Shown here in pieces: positions 26,791 through 37,671 of a DNA stretch of 45,918 nt. The translations under genes and the position numbers were made by a program. Under the pieces are notes generated by a model. It ran no database searches and was not told where the DNA came from. It worked only from the letters and a program-made list of their open reading frames with translations. The DNA is taken from assembly GCA_013042025.1 (NCBI GenBank), contig JABDQY010000007.1:1-45918 (forward strand), in the 5' to 3' direction. Origin of the DNA: Bacteroidia bacterium. GTDB lineage: Bacteria; Bacteroidota; Bacteroidia; NS11-12g; UBA9320. Numbering within the stretch: position 1 is the first letter of the stretch; each line of letters opens with the position of its first letter.

Positions 26791-28109
26791 GTAAAATCAA
26801 ATTGTGCGTCTTCAAATTTTCCAGAACTCATTAATAAAATATTATCTCCTTTCTTGAAAGAAGAATTAACTTTTAACTCCAGTTCTTTAACATCCGTAAT
26901 GACTTCTACATTTCCAAAACATCGTTGAACAAATTCTTTTTCAAAAGGTTCCATTTTACGGTGCATAAAAACAGCTTTATTGTAGAATACAGTAGCACTA
27001 TCTGCAGAATCCATTGTAGCCTTATAAAGGGGTAAAAAATCTTTGTTTAGACTACTAAAAGTATGGAGCTCAAAAACAGCAGTTAGTGGTGTATCAAATG
27101 CTTTTTTAACCGCCCTAGTAGTTGCTTCAAGCTTACTTGGAGAGTGAGCAAAATCACGATAAACAACTTGGTTTGGTGAATCATATACTTTCTCCATTCG
27201 TTTTCCAGCTCCTGTGAATGATGATACTGTTTTGAAAAACACATCTCTTTCTACACCCAATTGTTCACAAACCAACGATGCCGCTTCTATGTTCTCTAGA
27301 TTATGTTCTCCAATCATTTCAATAGGATACTCAACATCATCATGAATTAGGGTTGTTACACCATTAATAACGGTGTTATAAGGTGTTGTATATGCTTGGT
27401 TTTTCACGGCAGATTTTAACGCTAGTCTTTCTAGTATTTCATCCTTTTTAAACCAAAAATATATTCCATTATCAGTATGAGTTTCAATATAATCCTCAAA
27501 TGTTTTTACATACAATTCAAAAGTTGGGAACACATTGATATGGTCATATGCAATCCCTGTTATTATTGAAATATGTGGATTATACCAAACAAATTTAGAC
27601 CTCATATCAATTGGTGAAGATAGATACTCATCACCTTCAATAATAATTAACGGTGCATCTGTAAGTTTAACAGACAAGTCAAATCCCTCAACTGAACTTC
27701 CTACTAAATAGTCAAAATCAATATTGAGTTTGGCAAGCACAAACATAATTATTGATGTAGTAGTTGTTTTTCCATGGCTGCCTGCTATAACTACTCTCTT
27801 TTTATCATCACATTCGGAGGCAACAAATTCTGGAAAGGACATAATTTTTAATCCCAATTTCTCCGCTTCTGCCAATTCTACATTGTCTTTTCTGGCATGC
27901 ATTCCTAAAATAATCACATCGATATCCAATGTAATATTAGCCTTATTCCATCCTACTTTAGGAAGCAATCCAGCTTCGTCAAGATTGCTTTTTGCAGGAT
28001 CATAAATGGCATCATCACTTCCCGTTACATGATACCCCTTTCTGGAAAGCGAAATCGCCAGATTGTGCATTATTGCACCTCCAATTGCAATTAAATGTAT
28101 ACGTTTCAA
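26787..28109 (-). CDS. mpl: Mur ligase family: UDP-N-acetylmuramate:L-alanyl-gamma-D-glutamyl-meso-DAP ligase-like (Mpl)
   Basis: 440 aa with TTG start. N-terminal Rossmann IHLIAIGGAIMHNLA, P-loop GSHGKTTTTS and a Mur ligase middle/C-terminal pattern. Confidence 0.65.
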   Translation of the reverse strand: MKRIHLIAIGGAIMHNLAISLSRKGYHVTGSDDAIYDPAKSNLDEAGLLPKVGWNKANITLDIDVIILGMHARKDNVELAEAEKLGLKIMSFPEFVASECDDKKRVVIAGSHGKTTTTSIIMFVLAKLNIDFDYLVGSSVEGFDLSVKLTDAPLIIIEGDEYLSSPIDMRSKFVWYNPHISIITGIAYDHINVFPTFELYVKTFEDYIETHTDNGIYFWFKKDEILERLALKSAVKNQAYTTPYNTVINGVTTLIHDDVEYPIEMIGEHNLENIEAASLVCEQLGVERDVFFKTVSSFTGAGKRMEKVYDSPNQVVYRDFAHSPSKLEATTRAVKKAFDTPLTAVFELHTFSSLNKDFLPLYKATMDSADSATVFYNKAVFMHRKMEPFEKEFVQRCFGNVEVITDVKELELKVNSSFKKGDNILLMSSGKFEDAQFDFT

Positions 28110-28156
28110 TACTTAAACTTTTGATTATTCGTTATACGAAAATAGAATCAAACCTT

Positions 28157-28387
28157 ATGCAAAAAATAGTATTTGTGGGCATCATCCTAGTCATTGGCTT
28201 ATTTAGTTTACAATTTTCATTAGCACCTTACTACACAAAATCTTTTAAAGCCCAAGAAATTGCTGCAAGTCCAAAATCGGAGGTGATATCACCGGTTAAC
28301 TATATTGAAAGAAATTGTCGGATTATTTATGTGCATCCTCAGGACACCATTATTGAAGTGCAATTGCAGCCTGCATTCAATCTCTAA
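28157..28387 (+). CDS. hypothetical small membrane-anchored protein
   Basis: 76 aa from the internal ATG (MQKIVFVGIILVIGLFSLQ). The upstream part of the listed ORF (27992-28156) overlaps mpl antisense and is rejected. Confidence 0.4.
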   Translation: MQKIVFVGIILVIGLFSLQFSLAPYYTKSFKAQEIAASPKSEVISPVNYIERNCRIIYVHPQDTIIEVQLQPAFNL

Positions 28388-28476
28388 GTGCACTTAGGCT
28401 AACTATTACCAGTCTTATTATTCCTTTAAAAAACGAACTGTCTTTCCACTTTTTTTATACTTTCTTTGCAGGATAA

Positions 28477-29400
28477 ATGGTTTCGATTGTTCTCCCTATA
28501 TATAATGAAGAAAAAGGACTAGAAGATTTTATTCTATCTCTGAAATCTGAATTAACGAAATTATCGCAAGATTTTGAGGTGATTTTTGTTAATGACGGAA
28601 GCAAAGACAATTCGCTTTCCATTATAAAGAAACTTTGTACAGATCACAAAAATTTTGGGTACATAAATTTAAGTAGAAATTTTGGCCATCAAATTGCAAT
28701 TTCAGCCGGAATAGATTACGCCAAAGGAGATACCGTTGTTCTTATGGATAGCGATGGTCAAGACCCGCCATTTGTTATTGGTGAAATGTTAGATAAAATG
28801 AATGAAGGTTACGATGTTGTTTATGCTAGCAGAACCAAACGTGAAAATGAATCTGTTCTTAAGAAATTAACAGCAAGTATTTTTTATAAAACGCTGAATA
28901 GGATAACTTCAATTGAAATTCCTTTGAACACTGGAGACTTTCGAGTAATCAATAGAAAAGTTGTAGAAGCATTAAAGCAAATGCCTGAAAAACAACGCTA
29001 TCTGAGAGGTCAAATTGCTTGGCTTGGATTTAACCAAACAAGTGTTAGCTACGAGCGAAAAGGTCGTAGTGCTGGAGAAACTGGATATACCTATCGAAAA
29101 ATGATACGACTAGCTTTGGACGCTATTACATCGTTTTCGAATTGGCCTTTACGATTAGCTACTATATCCGGTTTTGTGTGTGCATTTTTAGGTTTCATCT
29201 TAATCTTATATACATTGTATGGAAGATTTGTTCTGAAACAATACGAACCGGGTTGGCCTTCTTTAATGATTACTATTGTTTTTCTTGGAGGAATTCAATT
29301 GCTTGGAATCGGAATGATAGGAGAATACATTAGTCGTATAAATGATAATGTTAAAAACCGACCGTTGTATTTAATAGAGGAAACTAATCTTGAGAAATAA
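28477..29400 (+). CDS. GT2-family polyprenyl-phosphate glycosyltransferase (DPM1/GtrB/ArnC-like)
   Basis: VSIVLPIYNEE, DGSKD and DSDGQD motifs, plus two C-terminal transmembrane helices. Confidence 0.85.
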   Translation: MVSIVLPIYNEEKGLEDFILSLKSELTKLSQDFEVIFVNDGSKDNSLSIIKKLCTDHKNFGYINLSRNFGHQIAISAGIDYAKGDTVVLMDSDGQDPPFVIGEMLDKMNEGYDVVYASRTKRENESVLKKLTASIFYKTLNRITSIEIPLNTGDFRVINRKVVEALKQMPEKQRYLRGQIAWLGFNQTSVSYERKGRSAGETGYTYRKMIRLALDAITSFSNWPLRLATISGFVCAFLGFILILYTLYGRFVLKQYEPGWPSLMITIVFLGGIQLLGIGMIGEYISRINDNVKNRPLYLIEETNLEK

Positions 29401-29936
29401 TGCATCACATTGAGCCTTTCTACCTCTGGCGAGACTTCTACAATTCTGAGCATGATGAGAATGCCCTAAACTATGGGGTAGAATATTCCGAGTTTCATTT
29501 TACAAATAGAATTTACAACTACCTTATTCATCCTCAATGGGATAGCTTTGGAAGTGAAACGCTATTCTACAAGCAGCTTTATGTTGATTATGAGGCTTCA
29601 TTTTGCATATTAGAGTTTATTGGAGAATGGAATGATTGCATCAATAATGACATCATGATGCTCAAAACTGAATTGATCGATCACTTAATGGATTGTGGCA
29701 TTTCTAATTTTATCTTAATTCTCGAAAACGTGTTGAATTTTCATGGTGAAGCTGAGGACTATTATGAAGAATGGGCAAGTGAGATAAATGGAGACATTTA
29801 TTTTGTGAATGCATTACCTCATGTTCTCGACGAAATGAAAAATCACAGTATTCATCACTCAGTAAACATGGGTGATCAACTTCAAGATGTGAACTGGCGT
29901 TTAATGAAACCTGAACAAGTACTTACCTTACTTTAA
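29400..29936 (+). CDS. hypothetical acidic cytoplasmic protein
   Basis: 178 aa with no signal peptide. TAATG overlap with the GT2 gene. No family recognised; the central EFIGEWND...ISNFILILENVLNF segment is vaguely STAS-like. Confidence 0.5.
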   Translation: MHHIEPFYLWRDFYNSEHDENALNYGVEYSEFHFTNRIYNYLIHPQWDSFGSETLFYKQLYVDYEASFCILEFIGEWNDCINNDIMMLKTELIDHLMDCGISNFILILENVLNFHGEAEDYYEEWASEINGDIYFVNALPHVLDEMKNHSIHHSVNMGDQLQDVNWRLMKPEQVLTLL

Positions 29937-29997
29937 AAAAAATATTTGCAAGATTATTGATCAAATAGTTACGCATCCCGCTTAATCTATACGTATA

Positions 29998-32874
29998 TTG
30001 CCTGCCTTTTTTAGGAAAGATTGCAATTTGAAAGTAGATAACAACTCTGACTATACTCTAATTTTTAGTATCTCAAATCACCCCTTTTTAGGAGTGTTGA
30101 TTGAGCCCTATGTTGTTGCCTATACTCCTTCAAAAACACTTTCTTTAACGTATCAAAAAGTTTTTTCAGGCAACTCTTCTTATTATTCAAAATTGACATC
30201 GCATGAGCATGAATTAATTGCTAAGTTAGATGGTATTATGGCTGAAAACATAGTTAAAAAATTCTCTCCTATAAAGAAAATAAGACCAAAAGAGTACTTC
30301 CATAAACACTTCCAAAAATCACTGCATAAAAGCTCAATCAGGCCTTACATTGAAAGGCATTTAACACAATTGTTAAGTTCCATTAAACCTGGAGAAATCA
30401 ACTTGTATCTAGCCGACGACATAAATCCAGCTTCACAAAAAATTACGATATGCGAAGACTTTACAAAAGTTCTCTTTCATTTTAGAAAAAACGAAAATGG
30501 AACTTCATATTTTGTTACACTTAAACATAAAAACGAAAAAGTTATGTTTATGAAACAAAATGGACTCCTTGTCAGCAATAAGCCTGCCTACATAGCTGTA
30601 AACAAACATTTATACAAGTTCTATGATTTTGTGGATGGATCTAAGTTAGGTGTATTTCTCAATAAGAAGTATATTCATATTCGACCTGAAAGTGAAAAAC
30701 ACTATTACGAAACTTATATCTCAAGTCTATTGGAAACCGCTCCAGTATATGCAGAAGGTTTTGAAATTATAACAAAGAAAGAAAATGCCATCCCCTGTCT
30801 ATCATTTGTACAACATGGAGAGCACTTTGGATTTAAGTTAGCTATTGAATATGAAGATTATTCTTTCGACTACAAAGTCAATAAGCAGTTTCATGTTCAG
30901 TTAAATTGGAATAACAACAATCCCATTTTTACGAAGTATAAATGTTCCAAAATTTGGGAATCAAATAAAATAGCAGCATTAAATGCATTAGACCTCCATC
31001 TATCTGCTGATGAAGTTTTAGTTTATAAAGACGGCAGCTTAACAAATGCAATTGATTGGTTAAGAAACAATGCAGACTTAATTCAATCTTCAGGATTTAA
31101 ACTTATAAACAATCTAGACGTCACCTATTCATATGCCAGCCCGAAGATCCAATACAATATAACCGACAATATTGATTGGTTCGACATAGACATCGATGTT
31201 GAAATTGGTGAATTTTTAATTCCATTCAAGAAAATAGTAGCAGAAATAAAACGAGGAAACAAACAGATTACTTTACCTAACAATGAAATTTTCATATTCC
31301 CTGAAGAATGGTTTCATTTAAGTGAGGCATTAGAGAATGCCAAAAAATCAGGGAGTAGATTTCTTGTAAAAAAATATCAACTTGATGTTCTTAACCTCAT
31401 AAAATCTAAGAAGATAAAGGATCACTTAAGTAGCCTTGTTCATATTAAAGAAGAAACTCCATCTCGGCTGTTAAATGGCAAACTTAGAAAGTACCAATTA
31501 GATGGTTTAAGTTGGTTAATGTTTTTAAAAAACAACCATTTTGGAGGCATTTTAGCAGATGATATGGGTTTAGGAAAGACGATTCAAACTCTTGCATTTC
31601 TACAACTAGCAAAAACCCAAAAACAAGCCAACAAACCTCCCTTTTTGTTGATAGGCCCAACTTCACTTCTTTTCAATTGGAAGCAAGAAATCGAGAAGTT
31701 TACACCCAATTTGACATACAAAGTTCACGCTGGTGCACGACGAGAAAAAGACCCAACCAAATTTTCTAAGTTTGACTTGGTAATAACAACATACGGATTG
31801 ATTAGAAATGATTTTGAACTCTTTAGCGAGATGGAGTTTGATATTATTATTCTTGATGAAAGTCAAAATATAAAAAACTATAGATCAAAAACTGCACAAC
31901 AAATAAATAAACTAAAAGCCTCATGCAGAATAGCACTAACAGGCACTCCAATCGAAAACAGTATAAAGGATCTTTGGAGTCAAATGAACTTTTTAAATCC
32001 TGGCTTGCTAGGGTCACTCAGACAGTTTGAAGAGATGTTTGTTAAACCAATTGAAAAAATTCAAGAAAAAGAGAAAGCAATTGAACTTCAAAGGATAACC
32101 AAACCATTTATTCTAAGACGGACAAAAGATGAGGTGGCCAAAGAACTTCCTCCAATTACAGAAAAAGTAATTTTCTGCGAGATGAGTGAAGAACAATCCA
32201 AAATTTATGAAGAAGTGAAATCTGAGTATAGAAATTCAATCTTGGATGTAGTTGATAAACAAGGTTTAAACAAATCCAAACTTTCCATACTACAGGGCCT
32301 CACCAAACTACGTCAAATTGCAAACCACCCTAGACTCACTAATTCTGAATACAATGGAACAAGTGGAAAACACGATGTACTGTTGGAACACATTTCTACA
32401 GCCTTAGAAGAGAACCATAAAGTATTGGTGTTTTCGCAATATGTGTCTTACCTCAAAATCTTAGAACAAGAATTAGTTGCAAAAAATGTGTCTTTTCTAA
32501 AGCTTACAGGTTCTACAAGAAAAACTGCAAGAGCTCAATTTGTAAATCAATTTCAATCGGATGTAAACATTTCTGTTTTTCTAATTTCACTTAAAGCAGG
32601 TGGCACAGGATTAAATTTAACATCAGCGGATTATGTTTTTCTAGTTGATCCTTGGTGGAACCCAGCGGCAGAAGCACAAGCTCGTGACAGAACACATCGA
32701 ATTGGTCAATCAAATAATGTATTTAGCTATAAGTTTATTTCTAAAGATACAGTAGAAGAAAAAATTGTTCAACTTCAGAAGCGGAAGGAGTCATATTCAA
32801 AAGACATCATCACTACCGAGAACAACATTTTGAAAAATCTAGATATAAATGACATTAACATTCTGCTGAGTTAA
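29998..32874 (+). CDS. SNF2-family helicase with bacterial SNF2-associated N-terminal region
   Basis: 958 aa. Motifs DDMGLGKTIQT (I), LDESQNIKN (II), LTGTPIENS (III) and QARDRTHRIGQ (VI). The N-terminal ~480 aa carry a DWFDIDIDVEIG... segment typical of SNF2_assoc. TTG start. Confidence 0.9.
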   Translation: MPAFFRKDCNLKVDNNSDYTLIFSISNHPFLGVLIEPYVVAYTPSKTLSLTYQKVFSGNSSYYSKLTSHEHELIAKLDGIMAENIVKKFSPIKKIRPKEYFHKHFQKSLHKSSIRPYIERHLTQLLSSIKPGEINLYLADDINPASQKITICEDFTKVLFHFRKNENGTSYFVTLKHKNEKVMFMKQNGLLVSNKPAYIAVNKHLYKFYDFVDGSKLGVFLNKKYIHIRPESEKHYYETYISSLLETAPVYAEGFEIITKKENAIPCLSFVQHGEHFGFKLAIEYEDYSFDYKVNKQFHVQLNWNNNNPIFTKYKCSKIWESNKIAALNALDLHLSADEVLVYKDGSLTNAIDWLRNNADLIQSSGFKLINNLDVTYSYASPKIQYNITDNIDWFDIDIDVEIGEFLIPFKKIVAEIKRGNKQITLPNNEIFIFPEEWFHLSEALENAKKSGSRFLVKKYQLDVLNLIKSKKIKDHLSSLVHIKEETPSRLLNGKLRKYQLDGLSWLMFLKNNHFGGILADDMGLGKTIQTLAFLQLAKTQKQANKPPFLLIGPTSLLFNWKQEIEKFTPNLTYKVHAGARREKDPTKFSKFDLVITTYGLIRNDFELFSEMEFDIIILDESQNIKNYRSKTAQQINKLKASCRIALTGTPIENSIKDLWSQMNFLNPGLLGSLRQFEEMFVKPIEKIQEKEKAIELQRITKPFILRRTKDEVAKELPPITEKVIFCEMSEEQSKIYEEVKSEYRNSILDVVDKQGLNKSKLSILQGLTKLRQIANHPRLTNSEYNGTSGKHDVLLEHISTALEENHKVLVFSQYVSYLKILEQELVAKNVSFLKLTGSTRKTARAQFVNQFQSDVNISVFLISLKAGGTGLNLTSADYVFLVDPWWNPAAEAQARDRTHRIGQSNNVFSYKFISKDTVEEKIVQLQKRKESYSKDIITTENNILKNLDINDINILLS

Positions 32875-32886
32875 CCAAAATTGTAA

Positions 32887-32894
32887 TATTTTTG
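32887..32894 (+). promoter_or_regulatory. candidate -7 box TATTTTTG
   Basis: Exact TAnnTTTG match, 20 nt upstream of the ATG at 32915. Confidence 0.3.
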
Positions 32895-32914
32895 GTGCTA
32901 TTAAAAAAAACAAC

Positions 32915-33685
32915 ATGAAAAAAACACTTACTCTTCTCTTTCTTATTGTGTCGTCTGCTTCATTATTTGCACAAAAAACAATTGATGTTTCATTAGACGC
33001 TATCGTTTCTCCCACGGAACTACTTTCAGATGCATCCACAGGTACAGCTATTCCTATAAAATTTGCATGCAAAAACAATGGTACAGACATCATAGAAATT
33101 GGCGACACTTTATTTTGGAGTGCATTAGTGCTAGATATTGCTACGAGCAATTTAATATTAGAAATTCCACAATCTGCAAGTTCTGGAAACGGATATTTAA
33201 CAGTTGCTTCAAAACAAGTTGCAGTTGGTGATACAATTCATGTAGGAAATAATTTTAACACAGGCTCTATTGTAACGCAATCAAGAGCTATACGTTTCGG
33301 TGGGATATGCAGTGCATGGAATAGAACTGATGGAGTTACTGATCCAGATACCGATAATAATTCAAATTTCGCTGATATTACGTGGTACAATCAATATCAA
33401 AATGGGGTTTCGGTTGCAGATGTAGAATACGATAACAACATTGCAGTTTATCCTAATCCAGCATCAGAAGAATTAAATATCAAATTACTGTTAACTCAAT
33501 TTGCTGATGTTCAAATAGAAATATTGGATTTAGCAGGTAAAATTATTTTATCTGAAAATGTAAGTTCTTCTATCACTAATAATAACTATGTAATTGACGT
33601 AAATTCAGTTCCTAATGGAATGTATATCGTTAAAGTTACAAATGGAGAAAATGTAAGTACTTCAAAAATTAGCATCGCTCATTAA
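32915..33685 (+). CDS. secreted protein with T9SS type-A C-terminal sorting domain
   Basis: 256 aa with signal peptide ending FAQ. The C-terminus VYPNPASEELNIKL...PNGMYIVKVTNGENVSTSKISIAH matches the Por secretion-tail pattern. Confidence 0.7.
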   Translation: MKKTLTLLFLIVSSASLFAQKTIDVSLDAIVSPTELLSDASTGTAIPIKFACKNNGTDIIEIGDTLFWSALVLDIATSNLILEIPQSASSGNGYLTVASKQVAVGDTIHVGNNFNTGSIVTQSRAIRFGGICSAWNRTDGVTDPDTDNNSNFADITWYNQYQNGVSVADVEYDNNIAVYPNPASEELNIKLLLTQFADVQIEILDLAGKIILSENVSSSITNNNYVIDVNSVPNGMYIVKVTNGENVSTSKISIAH

Positions 33686-33704
33686 TTATATAATTAAATA
33701 AATC

Positions 33705-33735
33705 AAAAGCCGACTGCAATGCAGTCGGCTTTTTT
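33705..33735 (+). terminator. intrinsic terminator
   Basis: Perfect 9-bp GC-rich stem gccgactgc/gcagtcggc with loop aat. A-run upstream and T6 downstream. Confidence 0.8.
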
Positions 33736-33777
33736 ATTGCATTTCACTTAAATTGCGGGACTAAAAGATTATTCGAA

Positions 33778-34533
33778 ATGGCAGGACATAGTAAATGGGC
33801 TAATATCAAACACAGGAAAGCTGCTCAAGATAAAAAACGTGCAAAAGTTTGGACACGAATAATTAAAGAAATTACAATAGCAGCTAGAGATGGGGGTCCA
33901 GATCCAGATAGTAATCCAGCATTACGATTAGCCATTCAAAATGCCAAAGGTGCCAATATGAATAAAGACACCATGGAGCGAGCAATTAAGAAAGGCTCAG
34001 GGTCTGAAGCAGCCAATTTACAAACACTCACATATGAAGGTTATGCTCCGCATGGGATAGCTATATTTATTGAAGCAACAACAGATAATTTGAATCGAAC
34101 CGTTGCTAGCGTTCGTTCCATTTTTACTAAAAATGGCGGTACTTTAGGAACAAATGGGTCATTAAGTTTCATTTTCGACACCAAGGGCGTTTTTACCATT
34201 AACAATTCAGCTCTTGAAGGAAAAGATGAGGAAGAATTGGAACTTGAGTTCATTGATGGAGGAGCCGAAGATATCGAACGTGATGAAGAAATCACAAGCA
34301 TTTATACGTCATTTGACGATTACGGTAATATGCAAAAAAAATTAGCTGAATTAAACATCGAAGCTCAGTCAACTGAAATACAACAAATACCTAAAACAAC
34401 AACTAAACTCGAAGCTGAAGAAGCAAAAGATGTTTTGAGTATAATCGACAAATTTGAGGAAGACGATGATGTTCAAGCAGTTTATCACAACCTAGAATTT
34501 ACAGAAGAACTATCAAAATTAATTGAAGAATAA
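33778..34533 (+). CDS. YebC/PmpR-family transcriptional regulator
   Basis: 251 aa with the diagnostic N-terminus [18 protein letters not shown]. Confidence 0.9.
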   Translation: MAGHSKWANIKHRKAAQDKKRAKVWTRIIKEITIAARDGGPDPDSNPALRLAIQNAKGANMNKDTMERAIKKGSGSEAANLQTLTYEGYAPHGIAIFIEATTDNLNRTVASVRSIFTKNGGTLGTNGSLSFIFDTKGVFTINNSALEGKDEEELELEFIDGGAEDIERDEEITSIYTSFDDYGNMQKKLAELNIEAQSTEIQQIPKTTTKLEAEEAKDVLSIIDKFEEDDDVQAVYHNLEFTEELSKLIEE

Positions 34534-34538
34534 AAGAG

Positions 34539-36077
34539 ATGAATAAAAGAGAAATCTTAACAACCAAAATTAAAGAGTCAAAACTTGGTGGTGGTGAGAA
34601 ACGAATCGAATCTCAGCATGCAAAAGGAAAACTAACCGCTCGAGAACGAATTGATTTGCTATTAGATCAAAATTCATTTGAAGAAATTGGTGCACTTGTC
34701 AAACATAGAAGTACTGATTTTGGGATGGACAAACTACACTTTCCTGGAGATGGTGTTGTAACTGGATATGGAACAATTAATGGAAGATTGGTCTATGTTT
34801 TTTCACAAGATTTTACTGTTTTTGGTGGTTCTCTTTCAGAAACTCATGCCGAAAAAATTTGTAAAATCATGGATATGGCAATGAAGAATGGGGCTCCTTT
34901 AATTGGATTAAATGATAGTGGAGGTGCTCGTATTCAGGAAGGTGTTGTTTCATTAGGTGGTTATGCAGATATTTTTTATAAAAACACGCTCGCAAGTGGA
35001 GTGATTCCTCAAATATCCGCAATAATGGGGCCTTGTGCAGGTGGGGCAGTTTATTCGCCAGCAATTACTGATTTTATTTTAATGGTAGAAAATACAAGTT
35101 ACATGTTTGTAACCGGACCAAATGTTGTAAAAACGGTAACCAATGAAGAAGTAAGTTCTGAAGATCTTGGAGGAGCATCTGTACATTCAGAGAAATCAGG
35201 TGTAGCTCATATAACTGCTGCTAATGATGTAGAATGTATTGAAAATATCAAAAAATTACTTTCTTATATGCCGCAAAACTGTGAGGAACAACCTCCAAAG
35301 CTTGACTACACGTTTGATGATGAATTGCGTTTTGAGCTAAAAAACATTGTACCCGAAAACGCTCATCAACCTTACGACATAAGAGAAGTTATAGCTGGTG
35401 TAATTGATGATGATAGTTTTCATGAAATACATGAAAATTTCGCACCGAATATTGTAGTTGGCTTTGCACGATTAGGTGGGAGAAGCATTGGCATTGTTGC
35501 TAATCAACCTTCATATTTAGCTGGTGTTTTAGACGTTAACTCATCTCAAAAAGGTGCTCGGTTTGTTCGATTTTGTGACTGCTTTAATATTCCACTTCTT
35601 GTATTTGAAGATGTTCCAGGGTTTTTACCAGGAACAGATCAAGAGTGGAATGCAATTATCACCAATGGAGCAAAATTGCTTTATGCATTTAGTGAAGCTA
35701 CCGTACCCAGAATCACTGTAATTACTAGAAAGGCTTACGGAGGGGCATATGATGTAATGAATAGTAAGCACATTGGTGCAGATTTAAACTTTGCTTGGCC
35801 TACAGCAGAAATTGCTGTAATGGGAGCAAAAGGTGCTGCAGAAATTATTTTCAAGCGAGAAATTGCTTCTGCAGATAACCCTCAAGAGGCACTAATTGAA
35901 AAAGAACAGGAGTATGCTGGAATATTTGCAAACCCTTACCGAGCTGCAGAGCGTGGTTTTGTTGATGCAGTAATTCTTCCAGAAAATACGAGAGCTAGAT
36001 TAATAAAGGCATTTGCGATGTTAGAAAACAAGGTAGATAAGCTACCTAAAAAGAAGCATGGAAACATCCCATTGTAA
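34539..36077 (+). CDS. acyl-CoA carboxylase carboxyltransferase subunit (propionyl-CoA carboxylase beta / methylmalonyl-CoA decarboxylase alpha family)
   Basis: 512 aa. Motifs [23 protein letters not shown] and [11 protein letters not shown]. Confidence 0.9.
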   Translation: MNKREILTTKIKESKLGGGEKRIESQHAKGKLTARERIDLLLDQNSFEEIGALVKHRSTDFGMDKLHFPGDGVVTGYGTINGRLVYVFSQDFTVFGGSLSETHAEKICKIMDMAMKNGAPLIGLNDSGGARIQEGVVSLGGYADIFYKNTLASGVIPQISAIMGPCAGGAVYSPAITDFILMVENTSYMFVTGPNVVKTVTNEEVSSEDLGGASVHSEKSGVAHITAANDVECIENIKKLLSYMPQNCEEQPPKLDYTFDDELRFELKNIVPENAHQPYDIREVIAGVIDDDSFHEIHENFAPNIVVGFARLGGRSIGIVANQPSYLAGVLDVNSSQKGARFVRFCDCFNIPLLVFEDVPGFLPGTDQEWNAIITNGAKLLYAFSEATVPRITVITRKAYGGAYDVMNSKHIGADLNFAWPTAEIAVMGAKGAAEIIFKREIASADNPQEALIEKEQEYAGIFANPYRAAERGFVDAVILPENTRARLIKAFAMLENKVDKLPKKKHGNIPL

Positions 36078-36189
36078 TAAACCTTAACTAAGCTAATTGT
36101 CATAATTCTTTATAACCTTGTTTTCATTCAAACAAACCAATATTTTCGAGAGATAATATTTAGCAGATATTGGATAAAATAACCAATTT

Positions 36190-36594
36190 TTGAACTTAAA
36201 AATAAGTGAATCGCAGCTGGTGAAACCTCAACTAATTGGAAAAAACTTAATAATCGTGGTACTTTTTAGTATTGTAGGTATACAAAGTTGTAAGTATGAC
36301 GTTGAAGAGGAACTATATCCTTCTACTCCATGCGAAACAAATGCTATGTCTTATCAAACCGATATTGTCCCCATTCTTACCAACAATGGGTGTATTTCTT
36401 GCCATGGAGATTTGGCTACTTTAGATTTAAATGGATACAGTGACTTAAAAATATATGTGGATAATGAGGCTCTTCTTGGCAGTATTAAACATAGAGATGG
36501 ATTTAGAAAAATGCCAGATAATCAACCAAAATTAGATCAATGTACCATCGACAAAATTGAATCTTGGATATATGATGGAGCACTTAATAATTAA
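36190..36594 (+). CDS. small c-type haem-binding lipoprotein (PSCyt-like CxxCH domain)
   Basis: CISCH haem-attachment motif followed by ...LDLNGY...RKMP...IESWIYDGA, as in planctomycete-type cytochrome c domains. Lipobox VGIQSC. The listed start is TTG; a GTG at 36220 gives a cleaner signal peptide. Confidence 0.5.
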   Translation: MNLKISESQLVKPQLIGKNLIIVVLFSIVGIQSCKYDVEEELYPSTPCETNAMSYQTDIVPILTNNGCISCHGDLATLDLNGYSDLKIYVDNEALLGSIKHRDGFRKMPDNQPKLDQCTIDKIESWIYDGALNN

Positions 36595-36600
36595 CAAATC

Positions 36601-37047
36601 ATGAAAAAACCAATTGTATTATTCGCTTTACTTGTTGTTTTAGGTGTAGCATTCTATGCTTATAAAACGTACAATAAAGAGCACACAAATGTTGCTAAAA
36701 CAGAAGCTGAAGTAAAGCTAACTGCTTCGGATTTATTTAACGCATTCGACAACGACGAAACATCAGCAATGACGAAGTATGCAGACAAAGTAATTCAAGT
36801 TTCTGGATATATTTATAGTAAAGATTTAGGCAATGAGCTTGAACCTCAACTTGTGCTAGAAGGTAATGGTGACAACGGTTTCATTCGCTGTGGATTTAAG
36901 CCAACGGAACTTGAGAAATTAGCCATATTAAGTGATTCACTATCAGTTAATATAAAAGGGGAATGCAAAGGGCTAAATGCAGCAGATGAACTTGATTTAC
37001 TGGCTGACAAAGATGTTGTCCTTTCAAATTGCATAATTATTGAATAA
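36601..37047 (+). CDS. membrane-anchored OB-fold protein (tRNA_anti-like family)
   Basis: 148 aa with an N-terminal anchor. The pattern YNKEH..VAK.EAEVKLTASDLFNAFDNDE..A..KY..KVIQVSG is typical of the tRNA_anti-like family. Confidence 0.5.
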   Translation: MKKPIVLFALLVVLGVAFYAYKTYNKEHTNVAKTEAEVKLTASDLFNAFDNDETSAMTKYADKVIQVSGYIYSKDLGNELEPQLVLEGNGDNGFIRCGFKPTELEKLAILSDSLSVNIKGECKGLNAADELDLLADKDVVLSNCIIIE

Positions 37048-37057
37048 AACATAAACG

Positions 37058-37615
37058 ATGAAATATACATACATAATTTTCGCTCTTACACTTTTAGGAA
37101 TTTTTGGATTTAAAAATCACGGAAGTATTTACAAATCAAATACAGGGAATATTAATTTTTTTAGTCATACTGCTGTTGAAGATATTTCAGCTGATAATCA
37201 TAAGGTTAAAACTGCGTTTGATGCAAATTCGGGTAAAATTCAGTTTAGTGCATTAATTAAAGATTTTCAATTTAAGAAAGCTTTAATGCAAGAGCACTTC
37301 AATGAAAACTATATGGAAAGTACAAAATTCCCTAAATCAACTTTTAGTGGAACAATTGTAAATATTGATGCTTTCAATATTGAAAAGAATGGAACTTATA
37401 CTTCACCTGTTTCAGGAAAACTAACTATAAAAGATGTTACCAAAACAGTTGAAGCTCTTGGAACCTTTATAGTAAAAGATGGAGTAATTAATGCGAAGGC
37501 ATCATTTAATGTCAATCCAGAAGACTATAACATTTCAATACCTAAGATGGTTTCTGAAAAAATTTCGAGAGACTTAAAGATTTCAGTTGACGTAGATTAC
37601 TCACATCAACATTAA
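37058..37615 (+). CDS. YceI-family (polyisoprenoid-binding lipocalin-like) protein
   Basis: 185 aa with signal peptide. Family pattern ...FFSHTAVEDISA...F...I..F.F.K.LM.EHFNENYMES.KFPK.TF.G.I. Confidence 0.75.
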   Translation: MKYTYIIFALTLLGIFGFKNHGSIYKSNTGNINFFSHTAVEDISADNHKVKTAFDANSGKIQFSALIKDFQFKKALMQEHFNENYMESTKFPKSTFSGTIVNIDAFNIEKNGTYTSPVSGKLTIKDVTKTVEALGTFIVKDGVINAKASFNVNPEDYNISIPKMVSEKISRDLKISVDVDYSHQH

Positions 37616-37671
37616 ACAAAAAAGGAATTGAGTCGTTAAATGAATAACTACTCAAACATGATATACCTTAC

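Noticed and set aside
29945-29975. tatttg-N13-caaata inverted repeat upstream of the SNF2 gene, and the ttgagt-N16-actcaa repeat at 37630-37657.
   Set aside because: They have 6-bp arms in AT-rich DNA with long spacers, which is expected by chance, and there is no flanking T-run.
29998-32874. SNF2 helicase as part of a phage-defence system (DISARM-, Zorya- or BREX-like).
   Set aside because: There are no neighbouring methyltransferase, nuclease, PLD, DUF1998, ZorA/B-like or other defence-associated genes. The architecture (SNF2-associated N-terminal region plus helicase core) fits the widespread housekeeping RapA/HepA-like bacterial family.
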